A DNA stretch of 64,000 nucleotides from Scenedesmus sp. PABB004 (Eukaryota). Shown in pieces: positions 10,384 to 23,323 of the stretch; position 1 is the stretch's first letter; each line of letters starts with the position of its first letter. Location: the NCBI GenBank assembly GCA_014905635.1, contig JABVCE010000024.1, forward strand, positions 124,001 through 188,000, read 5' to 3'. Below the pieces are notes generated by a model. That model was not told where the DNA came from. It did not search any database and was given only the letters and a program-made list of their open reading frames with translations. Made by a program: the position numbers and the translations under genes.

Positions 10384-12506
10384 TCAGCACGGCTGCGTGC
10401 GCGCGCCAATGCCCTCGTCACTCAGGTCCAGGCAGACGCGCTTCGCGGCCGGCGGGCCGGCGGGCCACGCCTGGCCGCCGCCCAGCACGAGCGCCTGCAT
10501 GCGCGCCAGCTGTGCGTCCTGCGTGCAGCTGCTGGCCGCGCCGCCGTCGCTGCAGCTGCTCAGGCGCACGCCCCATGCGCCCTGGTGCGAGGCGCGGCGC
10601 TTTTTGGCCGCCGCGCCGTGCGCCTCGGCCGCCGGCTCCGCCGCGGCCGCGTCGGCGGTGCAGCTCGTGCGGTGGAGGCTGGCGGGCACGGCGAAACCCC
10701 TCCACGCCCCCGCCGCGGGCCCCGCCTCGGCCACCGCCTGTGCCGCCGCGGGCCCGGCACCGCCGCAGCTGCCGCTGACGCCGGCGCCACCGGCGCCGCC
10801 GTCGCCGCCACTGCAGCTGCTGCCGCCGTCGGAGCCCAGCGCGCCGCCGGAGCGCAGGTGCGCAAACGCCAGGTGGTCGGCGCCCGCGTGGCCCCCGGGC
10901 AGAGCAGACCCGCCGGCCGCCGTCGCAGAGGCGGGCCCTGCCTTGACGGCAGACTGCGCCATTGGCGCCGCGCCGTCGGCCGCTGCGTGGCCGCCGCACG
11001 CAAGCAGCTCCGGCGAGCCCAGGCCGCCGGCGCAGGAGTGCGCGGGCGCGGCTGCGCAGCCGGACCAGCTGCTGCGCGGCCCCGCCGTGCGCGGCGGGCT
11101 CACAGTGGTCGCCACGCAGGGCGAGCCGCCGCCCGGCTGCTGCTGCTGCTGCTGCTGCTGCGGCTGGCCCTGCTCGGCCGCGCCGAGCTCTGCCTGGCCC
11201 GGCTGCTCGTGCGCGGAGCCCCACCCGGGCAGGCCGGCCTGCGAGCGCGGGTGCGGCGGCGGCAACGTGAGCGGCGCGCCGTGGCCGTGGCCGCGCGGGG
11301 CGGGCGCGCGGGCCGGGCTGGACGCGGGCGGGCGCCCAGCGGCGCGCGCCGCGGCCGCGCACGTGCTGCTGGTGCGCCGCGGCACCGCCGAGGGCCAGCT
11401 CCGCGCCCGGGTGGCCCCCGTCGGCGTCAAAGCCGTCGAGGTCGTCCCCCTCGAGCTCGTGGTCAAAGTCAAAGTCGAAGTCAACGTCCTCGTCCAGCCC
11501 GCACTCCTCCTCCTCCTCCTCCTCCTCGCCGGCGTCGCCCGCGGCCGCGCCGTCGCCGTGCGCGGCCGACCCGCCCGCGCCCGCCGCGCCCGCGCCGATC
11601 GCGTAGGGGCCGCGCCTGCGGGGGCGGGACCGCGCACGAGCGTGGGGCGGGGCGGGGACGCGCGGCGTGCCCGCGCGGCGAGGCGAGAGGCGCCGGGGCG
11701 CGCGCTGCGCTGCGCGGCGCGGCGGTGCGTCCACTCACCCGCGCGCCCGGGCGCTGCGGCGCTTGTGGGCATACCAAAAGTTTTTCACCGCCGCGTTGGT
11801 GCGGCCGGGCAGCATGCGCGCGATGGCTGCGGGGCGGCGGCGCGGGCGGTGTGAGCGGCGGGCGGGCGCTGCAACGCGTCGGGCACGCCCGGGCGCCGGC
11901 GGCGCGCTGTGCGTGGCGCGGGGCGCGGCGCCGCGCCGGCCTCACCCGACCAGTTGTTCCCGAGCACCATGTGGGCCTGCGGGCAGCACGGTCAGCGACA
12001 GGCGGCGGCGGGTGAGGCAACGGCGGCGCCTCACCGCCGAAACCGGGCGCCCTGGTTTGCGCTGCGGCGAGCGCCGCTGCCAGCGCCGCGGCGAGCGCAC
12101 CTCCTGCACCACTGCGACCTCCCAGTCGGTGAAGGGCATGGTACTGGTGTGCATCACGCCGGGCTGCAGGTACGTGCGCCAGCGGTGGCTGCAGGCCTTG
12201 CTCGTGCGGCCGGGCAGCAGCGACGCGATCTGGGCCCAGCGCTTGACGCCATAGCGCCCCACCGCGCAGCGCAGCACGTGGTCCTCCTGCGGCGCCATCA
12301 ACGTGGGCGGCAGGTGGGGCGTCACAAGGGGCTCCGCGCGGGCCGGCAGGCGGCCCGGGCGCCGCGCAGCAGCGGCCGCCGCGGGCGCTGGTTACGGGCG
12401 CAGCGTCCGGCGGCGCGCGGCCGTCGGCTCCGCGCGCCGCTGCCCGAGCGCAAAGCGAGCCCTCTGGCGCCAGCAACGCGGCACTCACGTCCTCCGTCCA
12501 GGCCAT
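10384..12506 (-). CDS. R2R3-type MYB transcription factor, copy 1
   Basis: MAWTED|EDHVLRCAVGRYGVKRWAQIASLLPGRTSKACSHRWRTYLQPG...PFTDWEVAVVQE|AHMVLGNNWS|AIARMLPGRTNAAVKNFWY, followed by an acidic tract and a poly-Q tail. The frame join near 11300-11420 is unresolved. Confidence 0.88.
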
Positions 12507-13608
12507 GGTCGCGACGGCGCGGGTGCGGGGCCGCGGGTGACTTCGACCGGCCGCTCGGCGCGCGCGGGCAGCTGTGGGTCTCGCGGCTGCTTGGGCGAGC
12601 GGCGGAAGGTCAGAGACCAACGGAGGAGGTCATATGCGGGGCGGGGGGGCTGCCGGTAGCAACTAACAGTACCGGGCCAGCCTCCGCGGCCCGGGTGTTG
12701 ACGGGCCGCGGGCGCGTCGGCGACTGGGGCCTCCGGGCGCGACGAGACTGTGAAAGAGCCATCGCAGCCGCGGCACGGCCGTCAGGGGACCGGCGGCGGC
12801 GGCCAGTCCCGGCGGGAGCGGGAGCTTCGCGGTCGGCGCTCCCCTGGCACGCGGCTCCCGAAGCTGCGGCCCGGCCAGTCGCAGCGGCGTGACGGCAGTC
12901 CTGCCGGGTGGCCACGGGCGAGCTGCACGGCGCCGCTGCTCAACCACAGTCCAGTGCCGCGCGCCGCGGGTGACGCTCGCACGCCGGCTGCCGGCAGCGA
13001 GCGGGCGAGCCGCAGCAAGCGCGCTGTTACTCTAGTTCATACTAGGGGGGGGGGGGGGTCGACTCCGCAGCGTCCGCTCCAGCAGCCATCCATCGCGCGC
13101 GCGCGCCGGCCGGCCACGACCACAGGGCGCGTCGCCGGCAGGCGGCCGAAACGTTTGGGGCGCGGGCGTTCTCACGCGCCGCGTTGTTTGTGAGGCGCAG
13201 TGTGTGCTTCCCGGCAGCGGCCGCGGTGGCGCGCGCCGCCGCCGCGGGCGCCCCCGGCGCAGAGAGCCGCGCCCCTCCGCACGCGCCGGGCACGGGCCAG
13301 CGGCAGCGGCGGGCGGGGGTCCACGGGGTGGTGCAGTGCCTGTCTGATTTGCGCGTTTTCAGCGCAAACCGCAGCTGTCAAGCTAAAGAGCACGAATGAA
13401 TCAATCAAGGCGGTGCCGCCTCACGCTGCTGCAACGAAATGCGAGCCGGCCGAGCCCCGCTGACATCAGCAGGCCCGCTGCCGCAACCAAACCCACCTCC
13501 TCGACAGCGCGGGCGCGCCGCCGCGCCGAGCGCGCGCCTGCCAGCCCGTTTTGCCCTGTGTGAGTCGTCACAGCCCAGCCTGGCCCGGCGCCGCCCCCGC
13601 TGCCGCCC

Positions 13609-16600
13609 CTACACCTGCCAGAAGGCCAGGCAGTCGTCGAGGTCCGCGCCGCCGCTGCTGACGCGGCCGCGCTCGGCGATGCCCGCGAGCGACACGCGCG
13701 GCCGCTTGGCGCCGGGCGACAGCAGGAGGCCGCCCGACTCGCGCGGCCGCTTGTAGGCCACGAACTCGCCCGCGCCGGGCGCCGCCGCCGGCCCCGCGCC
13801 GCCCGAGACGCGCCGCCGGAACGCCGCGGCCGCGGCGGCCTCCCTGCCGCTCGGGAGCCAGTGCGCGGGCACGCCGCGCTGGCTCGACAGCCGGCCGCTC
13901 GGCAGCGGCGGCGCGCCGCCGAGGCAGCCCACCGACAGGCGGCCGCTCGCGTGGCTGCCGCGCCGGCTGCGGCCGCCCGCGGTCGCGGCGCTGCCGCTCG
14001 TGTCGGAGCCGTCCTCGCTGCCCGCGAGCGCGCCGAGGATCATGCGCAGGCTGCGCCGCTCCGCGCGCGTCTGCGCGCAGGCGTCGCCGCCGCCCAGCGC
14101 GTCGCCGCCGCCGAGCGCGCCGAGGGCGTCGTCCAGGAGCATGCAGGCGCCGCCGTCAAGCAGGTGGCCCATCGGGCTCAGCAGGTGCATCGACGCGCGC
14201 GCGCTCGGCGGCTGCAGCTCCGACAGCCGCGCCAGGCGCAGCGCGCCCGGCGCCGCCGGCGGCGGCAGCGCGGCGCCACCGCCACCGCCGCCCTGCTCCT
14301 GCTTGGCCGGCGGCTGCGCCGCCAGCGGCGGCGCCGTGCCGGCCGCGGCCGCCGCCGCCGGGTGGCCGCCACCGGCTGGGCTGCCGCCGGCGGCGGCGCC
14401 GGGAAGGATCGCTGCGAGAACGCTCTCAAACGCGGCCGGCAGCCGCGCCGCCGTCGCGGCCGCGGCGGCCGCGCCGCCGGGCGCAAGCGCGCGGCCGGCG
14501 TCCGGGCCCTGGCCCTGGCCCGGCGCCAGCACGGGGCTTCCCTGCGTGGAGCAGGCGGTGGGCTGGCTGCTCGGCGCGCTCGAGCCGGCGCAGCCGAGCG
14601 CGGGCGAGAAGGGCGCGGCCTGCTGCGCCGGCCCCTTGAACGGCGACTCGCAGCGCGGCGCGCCGCTGCCGTTGTGCGCCGCCGCCACCGCCGCCACTGC
14701 GGCCGCCGCGTCGCCCGGCGCCACGGCGCCGCTGCCGCCGCCGCCGCCGCAGTGGCCCGCCGCGGGCGCGGGCAGCACGTGCGCCGCGACGAGGTGCGCG
14801 CCGTGGTGGTGGCCCGCGTAGCTCGCCGGCGGCGGCATGAGCAGCGCGTCGTGCTGCTGCTGCTGGCTGGCTTGCTGCGCGGCGTGGTGCTGGAACAGCG
14901 GCAGCAGGTGCTGCCCCTGCGCCGACGGCCGCCCGCCGGCGGCGGCGGCCGCGCCGCGGCTGCTGCGCCGGCTCGGGCCGCCGGCGTCGTCGGAGCCGGT
15001 GAGGCTGAAGCGGCTGCCGTCGAGGCTCGTGCCCCGGAAGAAGCCGCCCAGGCCCGCCCAGTCGCCGCCGCAGCCGGGGCCGCCCCCGCCGGAGAGGAGC
15101 TCGTCGAGGCTGCTGAGCGAGAGCTTCAGGTCGGCGCCGCCGGCGGAGCGGCGGAATGACTCAAACGCCACCGCCGCGTCGTCGAGGCTCAGCAGCCGCG
15201 TGTCGCTCGCGCGCCCGCCGCCGCTGCTGCCCGCGCCGCCGTCGGCGCCGCCGCCGCCGCCGCCGACGCTGAGCCGGAAGCCGCTCCAGGGCAGCTTGCC
15301 GAGCTGCGCGGCCGCCGCCGCCGCGGAGCTGGCGCCGTCGAGCGCGGGCGCGCCGCCCGCCGCGGCGGCGGCGCCGTCGGGCCCAGCAGCGCGCCCGGGT
15401 GGGGCGCAAACTCGGCGCCGCCCTGGTGGTGCTCCGGCATGGCCACCAGGTGCTCCGGCAGGGCCATCAGGTTGTAGTGCTGCGCCGGATAGGGCTGGCT
15501 GCACGCGGCGGCGTGCTGCGCGTACGCGTGCTGCGCCTGGTGGTGGTGCTGCGCCTGCGCCGCGGCGGCGGCGTGCGCCGCGAGCGCGCCGGCGTGGCCC
15601 TCGTGCGGCGCGAGGGGGCTCGTGGCCGCCGGGTCGCTCGCGCGGCCGGCGGCGGGGTCGGCCCAGCCCGACGGCACGTAGGTGGCGTCCGCGGGGTCGT
15701 CGCCGTCGCTGCTGTGCGCGCGGTGCCGCCGCCCGCGACCGCGGCCGCCGCCGGGGCGCTTGGGCCCCGCCACGCCCCACGCGGCGCCGCCGTGGCCGGC
15801 GTAGCCGCCGCCGCCGGGCGCCCAGCCGAGCGCGCCGGTGCTGTGCATGCTGGCGCAGGGCGCCGCGTTGTTCAGCGCGCTGCTGGCCAGCCCCGTGTGC
15901 GTCGTGAGCGAGTCGCGGCGGTGCTCGCCGCCGCCGCCGGCGCCGTGCCGCGGCGCGGGCTGCCCCATCAGCGCCAGCTGCTGCTGCACGTACGCGCTCG
16001 CGCGCCGCCGCAGCTCCTCCTGCGCGTCCACCCCGCCGCCGCCGCCGTCCGCGCCGCCGCCCGCGGCCGCGCCGTCGGCGTCATGCGGCGCGCCGCCGCC
16101 CGGAGCCGCGCCGTCGGCGCCGGCCGCCGGGTCGGCGTAGCCCAGCATGCTGTAGCCGCCCTCCGCCGCCACGGCCGCGGCGGCCGCGGCGGGGTCGCAC
16201 CACGTCGTGCCGTCGGCGCACAGCACCAGCCCGCCCTGCCCCGCCGCCGCGAGCGCCGCGGCCTGGGCCTGCATCTCAGCCATGATCTGCGCCTCCTGCT
16301 TGACCGCGTTGGGCAGCTGCGCGGCGGCCGGCGGACACGACGGCGGGCGTGGTGGGCCGCGGCGCAGCGCAGCCGCCGGGGGCCTCGCCCCGCGGCCTCG
16401 GGCGCGGCCTCGGGCGCGGCGGCGGCGGCGGCGGCGCGCGCGTGGCGCGGCGCGGCGCGCACCTGGCCCGTGGGCGCGGTGGAGGGGAAGGCGGGGAGCG
16501 CGACTGGGTAGATGCGGTCGGCCTGGGGCACCTCGCTCAGCAGGTAGCGCAGGCTGTGCCCCGCGACCACAAACCTATGTATGAAGGGCGCGCACGGCAC

Positions 16601-17549
16601 GGCGGCGGCGGCGGCACGTGAGCGCAGGAGCAGCCGGCGCCACGCGCGGGCGCCCAATTGAGCGGGGCCGGACGAGAGGCGTGGGAGGCGCGAGAGCGCG
16701 CGCGCGCACACCTGTTGGAGCTGAGCCCGGAGCCGCTCTTGAGGCGGCAGTGCCAGAAGTTCTTGACCGCCGTGTTGGAGCGCCCCGGCAGCAGCAGCTT
16801 GGCGATGGCTGCGCGGCGGGCGGCGAGCGCGGTGGGCAGTGGGCTGGTGGGCGGGCGCGCGCGCTCGTCTGCGCGACTCCCGAAGAGCCGCGCGCGGCCT
16901 GGCGCGGCAGCGGCCCAGCCTGCATGCTGTGCATTCTATGCGCTATGCGTGCTTTGCACCGCCCGCACCCAGCCAGTTGTTGCCCATCTCCTTCTGCGCT
17001 CGCACGATCGTGGCCGCCTCCCACTCGGTGAAGGGCTCCAGGTGGGGGTGCTTCACGTCAGGCCGCAGGTACGTGCGCCACCTGCGCGGCGCGCGGCGCG
17101 GCGGCGCGCGGCGTCGGAGGAGGTTCTAGCCCCACTGCAGGGCGCTGCGGCCGCGCTGCGCTGCCCGTGCTCGGCCGGGGGCGGTCGGCGCGCTGCGCTG
17201 CGCGCGCGCCTGTGGCTGCAGCCCTTGCCCGTGCGGCCGGGCAGGCCGTTGGCCACCATGTTCCAGCGCTTCTCGCCGTAGCGCTCCACCAGGCTGATGA
17301 GGATGGAGTCCTCCTGCGGGCCGTGGCGGCCAGCGGTCAGCGCGGCGGTCAGCGCGCGCCGCGTAGTGCCGGGCCGCCGCCGGCGCCGCCGCTGGCTCTG
17401 GCGGCCCGCCGCATCGCCGGGCCGATGCCGTGGGCCCCGATGCGCCCCAAGCGACCGGTGCCGGGCGGCCGGCGCACCTCGGCCGTCCAGGGCAGGCGCG
17501 TCTGGGCCTCGTGCGCCATCTCGGAGCGCCCGCGCTTGTGGCCGCCCAT
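13609..17549 (-). CDS. R2R3-type MYB transcription factor, copy 2, with long low-complexity C-terminus
   Basis: LPWTAE|EDSILISLVERYGEKRWNMVANGLPGRTGKGCSHR|WRTYLRPDVKHPHLEPFTEWEAATIVRAQKEMGNNW...AIAKLLLPGRSNTAVKNFWHCRLK. Ends DLDDCLAFWQV. Apparent 1-nt frameshift near 15379-15384. Confidence 0.9.
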
Positions 17550-18213
17550 GGCGGTGCCCCGTTCAAAGTTTCAGCGCCTCAGCGCCTCGGCGGGCCCCGG
17601 GCGCGCCCGAGCGCGTCGCGCCGTTTCGCGGCGTTGATGAATGGCGACGCTGGGGCGCGCGGCGGCGCGGGCGGGTCCGCTGCGTGCTCTCGGGAGCTCG
17701 AACAGGAGCTGCGAGCACAAGGGGAGGGCGAATGGGCTGGCGCGAGCCCAGAAACGCGGCCATAGCAGGGCTTTGGCGCGCTTCGCGGCGCGCACAGACC
17801 CCGTCGCCCCCGACGCCCCAGGCGGCACCCGGACAGTTCGGTGAGGGTGCGCGTGAAGTCCTGGGCCGCGGCGCGCAGCCGGCGGCGGCGGCGCGGCGAC
17901 AGAGGCGGCTGCCGAGCTCGGGCCTGCGAGCGCTGGCCGAACACGCGCTGGCCAGCACCACCTGCTCTCTCTTACCCTTGCGCCCGCCCTCTGCACAGCT
18001 GCACATGATTTCTAAGCCAATGCTCTAGAATTGAGTTGCGTGTCACGAGGCGCGGGGGTCCCGCGGCGCGGCGCCGCGCAATCGGCGGCGCCGCCGCGGC
18101 CCGCGCACTCGCCAGGGCTAGCTAGCTCGCGCTCCCCCTTCCGGCCCGCCCGCCCAGCGGCCCGCGACGCCTGCCGCCGCCACCGCTGCTGCTGCGCTGA
18201 GCGCCGCGTCGTG

Positions 18214-20037
18214 TCAGGGCGTGACGAAGCCGCAGGCGTTGATCGCGGGCTGTGCGTTGAACGCCTTGCGGATGGCCCCCTCGTTCGCCGGGTCCAGCTT
18301 GACCAGGCGCGTGAACAGGCCTGCGCGGCGCGGCGCGGGAGGGCGACCGGTCAGCCAGGCGCGCCCCGCCGCGGCGCGGCCGCCGCGCGCCCAGCGCCGC
18401 CGCCGCCAGCGCGCCCGCGCGGCTCACTCTTGGCGAACGCGCGCGGCGCCTCGCAGCCGTTGAAGGTGATGGTGTACTCCGTCGCGGAGAGCAGGCTCTC
18501 GAGCAGGCGGTCCGCGTCCTCCTTGGCGTCCAGCTGCGCGATCGCGGCGACAAAGGCGTTGGACAGCTGCCACTGCTCCTTATCGGTGCCCGCCTTGGTG
18601 ATGGCGGCGGTGTAGACGTCCGTGACCGCCTCCTTGGGGATGCCTGGAGGGGGGGGGGGGGGGGAGGGCGACAGCGTGACGCGAGGGGGCACGTGAGGGC
18701 GGCGGGTGGGCGGGTCATCTCGCGCCAGCTCGGCGCCGCGGCGCGCGACTACTGGTCAGGCGGCGCGCGCGCCCCGCGTGGAGGCCGCGCACCCGTCATT
18801 GTCGCCGCCGCGACGGCGGACGCGAAGCTGCAGCCGTCCTTGACCGCCGCCGTCACGAGCGCGTACGCCGCGGCCGCCACGGGCGCGCTCTTTTCGAGCC
18901 GGCAGCTGCTCGCGGTCACGAGCGAGAGCCCCACCGCGGACGCGGCCTGCATGCGCCGCGTGCAGGGGCTCGTCGGCGGCGGCAGGTTGAACACGGGGCT
19001 GTTCTTGAGCTTGGTCAGCCGCCGGACCCAGCACTCGTCGCCGCTGGCGGTCGCTGAGGCCATGAAGAACGCGGCCAGCCCCGGGTTGGAGGCCTTGGTG
19101 CTGAAGTACAGGCCTGGCAGGTGGGGCAGGCGGGGCAGGCGGGGGGCGGTCAGGTGTGCTGCCGCAGGGCCGCCGGCGCCGGGCGCGCCGCGCGCGCCGC
19201 GCGGGTGGCGGGGCCTCACTCGCGGCGGCGTTGGTCGCGGTCGCGCAGCTCGCGTCGGCCGCGACGTCGTTCAGCGCCTGCACCGTCTGGTCGGCCATCG
19301 CCTCAGCCGCGGACCCGGTCATGCTCGCGAGCGCGTTGCCGAGCGCCGACGCAACGCCCACCGTCTTGTTCTTGCTGTCCGCCACGGTGATGGTCTCGGA
19401 CAGAATCTCGACCATCTGCCCCCGCCCGGCGTCGTCGGGGCCTGCGGTGCGCGTTGCGCGGCGCGCGCGGCGCGTCGGCCCCGGCCCGGCATGGCAGCAC
19501 TGAAGCTGCCGCGGCGCGGCTGCCGCCCGCTGCTGCGGCACAACCGCGCTGACAGCGCTCGCCGGCCGGCGGCCAGCGCCGCCGCCGCCGCGGGCCCGCG
19601 CCCGCCGCTGCTGCCGGAGCGCCGCCGCCGGCGCGCGCGCGCACACACCCGCCAGCGCCGTCGCGCCCACGGACAGGCCCGCCCCGAAGCTCTGCAGGTC
19701 GCCGTCGGCGGCGGCGGTCGCGACCGCGCGCGCGGCGCCGGTGATGTTGCCCTCGCAGCTGGTGAGCACGACCATCGACACCGCCAGCCCCGCCGCGGTG
19801 CGCTGCTTCTCCGGCAGCTGGCCGCAGATGTCCGGGCAGAAGCCTGGCGGCGGCGCGGGCGCGCCCGAGCTCGGGCGCGGGCGGGGGCGGGCGGGCGGGG
19901 GCGGCGGGCCGGCTCCCGCCAACCCCGCCTACTGACGCACCCGTCAGCCCGTCGTCTGCCGGCTCGGCGCCGCCCAACGCGACGCCCAGGAGCATTCCGA
20001 GCAGCACCAGGCGCGCCAGGGCGTGCGCCCGCGCCAT
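18214..20037 (-). CDS. Uncharacterised secreted Ala-rich helical protein with two internal repeat domains
   Basis: Signal-peptide-like MARAHALARLVLLGMLLGVALG, six exons with GT-AG boundaries and good codon usage. Internal duplication: AAGLAVSMVVLTSC vs ASAVGLSLVTASSC, and SCATATNAAA..LYF vs GCEAPRAFAK..LF. Confidence 0.8.
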
Positions 20038-20404
20038 GGCGCCGCGCGGCCGGGCGCGAGGGCGGGACTGCGCGCGGGAGCGGGGCTGGGGCGGCTCGAG
20101 CAGGAAGGCAGTGTCGTGTGCGATGAAGGGACCTTGAGGCGCGTGCTTTGGCGTGCTGGAAGCAGCAGGCGGGCCTGGACAGCTGAGGTGACTCCCCAAA
20201 GTGACAGCCCCCGCTGCTGCGCCCGCCCTGCGCCCTGCCCAGCGACGGACCTGCGACCGAACAGCTAGGAAGGAGTGCTGCGCCCGCTCCCTGCGCCGCA
20301 GCGCGTGCACGCACCCGTCGCTCTCGCAGCAGGGCGCCCGTCCGCCCGCCCAGCGTCGCCAGAAAAGCTCCCCGCCCCTTGGCCAACCTTGCCAGCGCGC
20401 CACC

Positions 20405-22416
20405 ATGGGGTGGCGGGGCGGGAGCAGCACGCTGGGCGTGCTTGTAGTGCTGGCGCTCGCCTGGCGCGCGGATGCGGGGGGCGCGCTGCTCACGCCCAGC
20501 GACATCAACACCTGCACCAACTCAAGTGCGCGTCGCGCCACCGGCCACGCCGGCGGGGCCCGCGCCGGGCGCCCGGCCGCTCCGCGGTGGCCGATGCCGG
20601 CCGGCCAGCGGCGCGGCCGGTTGCGCTCGCGCAGCGCGCGGGGCTGGGCGTGGCAGCTCCCTCACAAGCGCGCGAGCCCTCACGCCACCCGCGCCGCCCG
20701 CGCCGCCGCGCGCGCCGCCGCCCGCGCCGCCGCCCGCGCCGCCGCCCGCGCCGCGCGCCCCGCCCCGCCTCGCCGCCCGCGCAGCGACGGACAGCGCGCC
20801 GCAGATCAGTCGCGTGCAGAGCTGCGCCAGCGCGAGCGTGGTGGGCAGCGGCATGGGCAGCGCCTTGAGCTTTGCCTCCGCGCAGGCGGGCGTGCTGCGC
20901 GCGGCGGCGGAGGCGTGCGGCGACGCGGTGGCGGGGTCGATCGGCGAGCTCTGCGCCGGCGGCGACCCCATGGCCAGCATCGTCGCGTCGGCCAAGGCCT
21001 GCTCCACCGCCCTGGCCGCGCTGTACGCCAAGACCGTGACCGCGAGCGGCGTGCTGGAGCTCGGCCCGGCCGCGGTCGACGCGCCCGCGACGCCCGCGGG
21101 CCGCCTGCAGGCGTGCGGCGCGGGCTGCGCCAACTCGCAGGGCGCGGCCGAGGCGTTCGCGCAGGCCGCTGCCTGCGGCGTCGGCAAGGCGACCGACGCC
21201 TGCATCGCGGCGACCGCGCACGTGAAAAGCCGCGCCTTTTCGAGCGCGTTTGTCAAGAGCACCGCCGCGGCGTGGGGCAAGGCCTGCACCGCGGGCGGGC
21301 TGGTGCACAGCGGCGGCGAGACTATCGCGCGGACCATGGCGGAGAGCGCGGCGCGCGCGCTCGCGCAGGTCGCGGCGTCGGCGTGCGCCGAGTGCCCGAC
21401 GTGCAAGTGCAAGGAGCTGCCGCTCAGCTGGGACTGGAACAACGCCGGCGGCTTCAGCGACGCCGCGGCGGGCGTGGCGGCGGGGCGCATCGGGCTCGCG
21501 CGCGCGCTCGCGGGCGCGACCACGACCTACTGCCACAGCAACGGCACTGTCGAGGTGCGCGGCACGCAGCAGGGGCCGCCGCTCGGTCCGCGCGCCGCGC
21601 CCGCGCCCGCGCCTGCGGCCGCGCCCGCCCACCGCGCCCGCCCTTGCGCGCGGCGGCGCGCAGTCGGCGAGGACGCAGGCCAACGCCGTGATGGGCAGCC
21701 TGGCCGACATGGTGGTCGGCGCGCTCGGCGCGGTTCGGGGCTACGCGCACGCGGTCGGCAACACCTCCTGGGCCTGCGGCAGCGGCACGCTCACCAGCGA
21801 CCTGGAGGCGCGCCGCCGCGCGCGAGGGGGCGCGGCCGTCGCCGGCCTGCGCGCGCGCCGCCCGCCCTGCACGCCCGGCGCGCCCGCCGCCTGACGCGCC
21901 TGCGCGCGCCGCCTGCGCGGCGCCCCAGGCGGTCAAGGACGCCTCGGCGGAGGTGCTCGCCGACGCGGCGGCGTCGGTCTTTGCTGACTGGTGCCCGAGC
22001 GCGGCGGCGCGGCTCGCCGACGTGCAGCTGCTGACCAACGAGACGATCAGCAAGCTGGTCGAGAAGGCGGCGCAGCGCTGCACCCAGGACGACGGCAGCG
22101 GGCAGGCCGCAGACGTGGCCGTGCTGCTGCTCACGGGCAATCAGCCGTTTGTGGAAAAGCTCGCTGACGCGCTGAAGGAGGCCAAGGCCTGCGGCTGCCT
22201 CGGCGCAAAGTGCCTGTGGTGCCTCGGCGCGGGCACCGTCGCCGCGCCGCGGCCGCCGCCGACCGTCGCGCGCGCGCCGGCGCCGCCGCCGCCTCTGCCG
22301 GGGCGCGCCGCCGGGGCCGGGGCCCCCTGGTCGCCACGGCCGTGCCACGGCCCGCCAACTGGAGCAGCGGCGCGATCGTGTACGGCCCGCAGCGTCCCCC
22401 GGCGCCGGCGCATTGA
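20405..22416 (+). CDS. Uncharacterised secreted Ala/Cys-rich protein, paralog A
   Basis: Signal-like MGWRGGSSTLGVLVVLALAWRADA, four exons, motifs LCAGGDP, ACAECPTCKCKELP and CGCLGAKCLWC. The 22416 end assumes one C is missing in the run near 22323-22327, which restores the PxNW motif shared with the paralog; otherwise the stop is at 22459. Confidence 0.85.
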
Positions 22417-23323
22417 GCACAGCTGCTGCATGCGCCAAGGCGCGGAGGCAGGAGTGTAGGCAGGCAGGCAGGCAGGCGGCTGGCGACCTAGGCAGGTGAT
22501 TGGCATCGCGCTCCGCTGGTTGCATTGTGTGCAGAGCCTTGTGAGCATGCGTGAGCGCGCGCGGAGCGGGGGCGCTGGGCTCTGCGGCCCTCGCTCTGGC
22601 CCTGTGGCCAGCGACGCCCGCGCTGGCTGCCGAGCAGCATCCCCGGTGCGCGCGCGAGCAGCCGCGCACCCCGCACGCACCGCACCGCACGCCGCGGCGC
22701 CCTGGCCGCGCGCGCCCGGCCCACCCCCACAGCTGGCCCGCTGATTTGCAGCTGCCTCCCAGGCGGCTTAGGACACTACTACACACAGCCCAGGCTGACC
22801 CTGACCCCCCCCCGACCTCCTCGACCTTAGGCCATTTCGTTGTTGTGCTGCTCGTCTCTTTTGCCGCAACTTGACCCCTTGTTGACTCAGCTACACTTGG
22901 GGGTGGGCCGCGGCGCGCCCGGGCCAGGCGCGCGCGCGGCGTGCGCCGCGCGGCGCGGCTCGCGCGAGCGCGCGTTTTGATCCGAGCTCCAATAAGGGCG
23001 GCGTTGCGGTGCGGTGCGGTGTGGGGCGTGCGATGCTGCTGCTGCGTGCAACGCGCGGGCGCTGCAGGTGGGCCAGGCGCCTCGAGCTCGGACCAGCGGC
23101 CGCCCCGCGTTCCGCCCACCGCCGCGCCGCCACGCCGGCAGCAGGAGCAGATGCCACGCCCAGTGCGAACGGGGGTGACGGCGCTCGATGCCGGCAGCCC
23201 AGCGCCCGCAGCTGCGTGTTAGGCGGGAACGCTGCGCCGCAGCTGCCCAAAGGCTCGCTCCCGGCCCCGCGCCGCCCCGACCCGCGTCGCGACGGACTGA
23301 TGCGTGGACGGGAACTCACCAGG

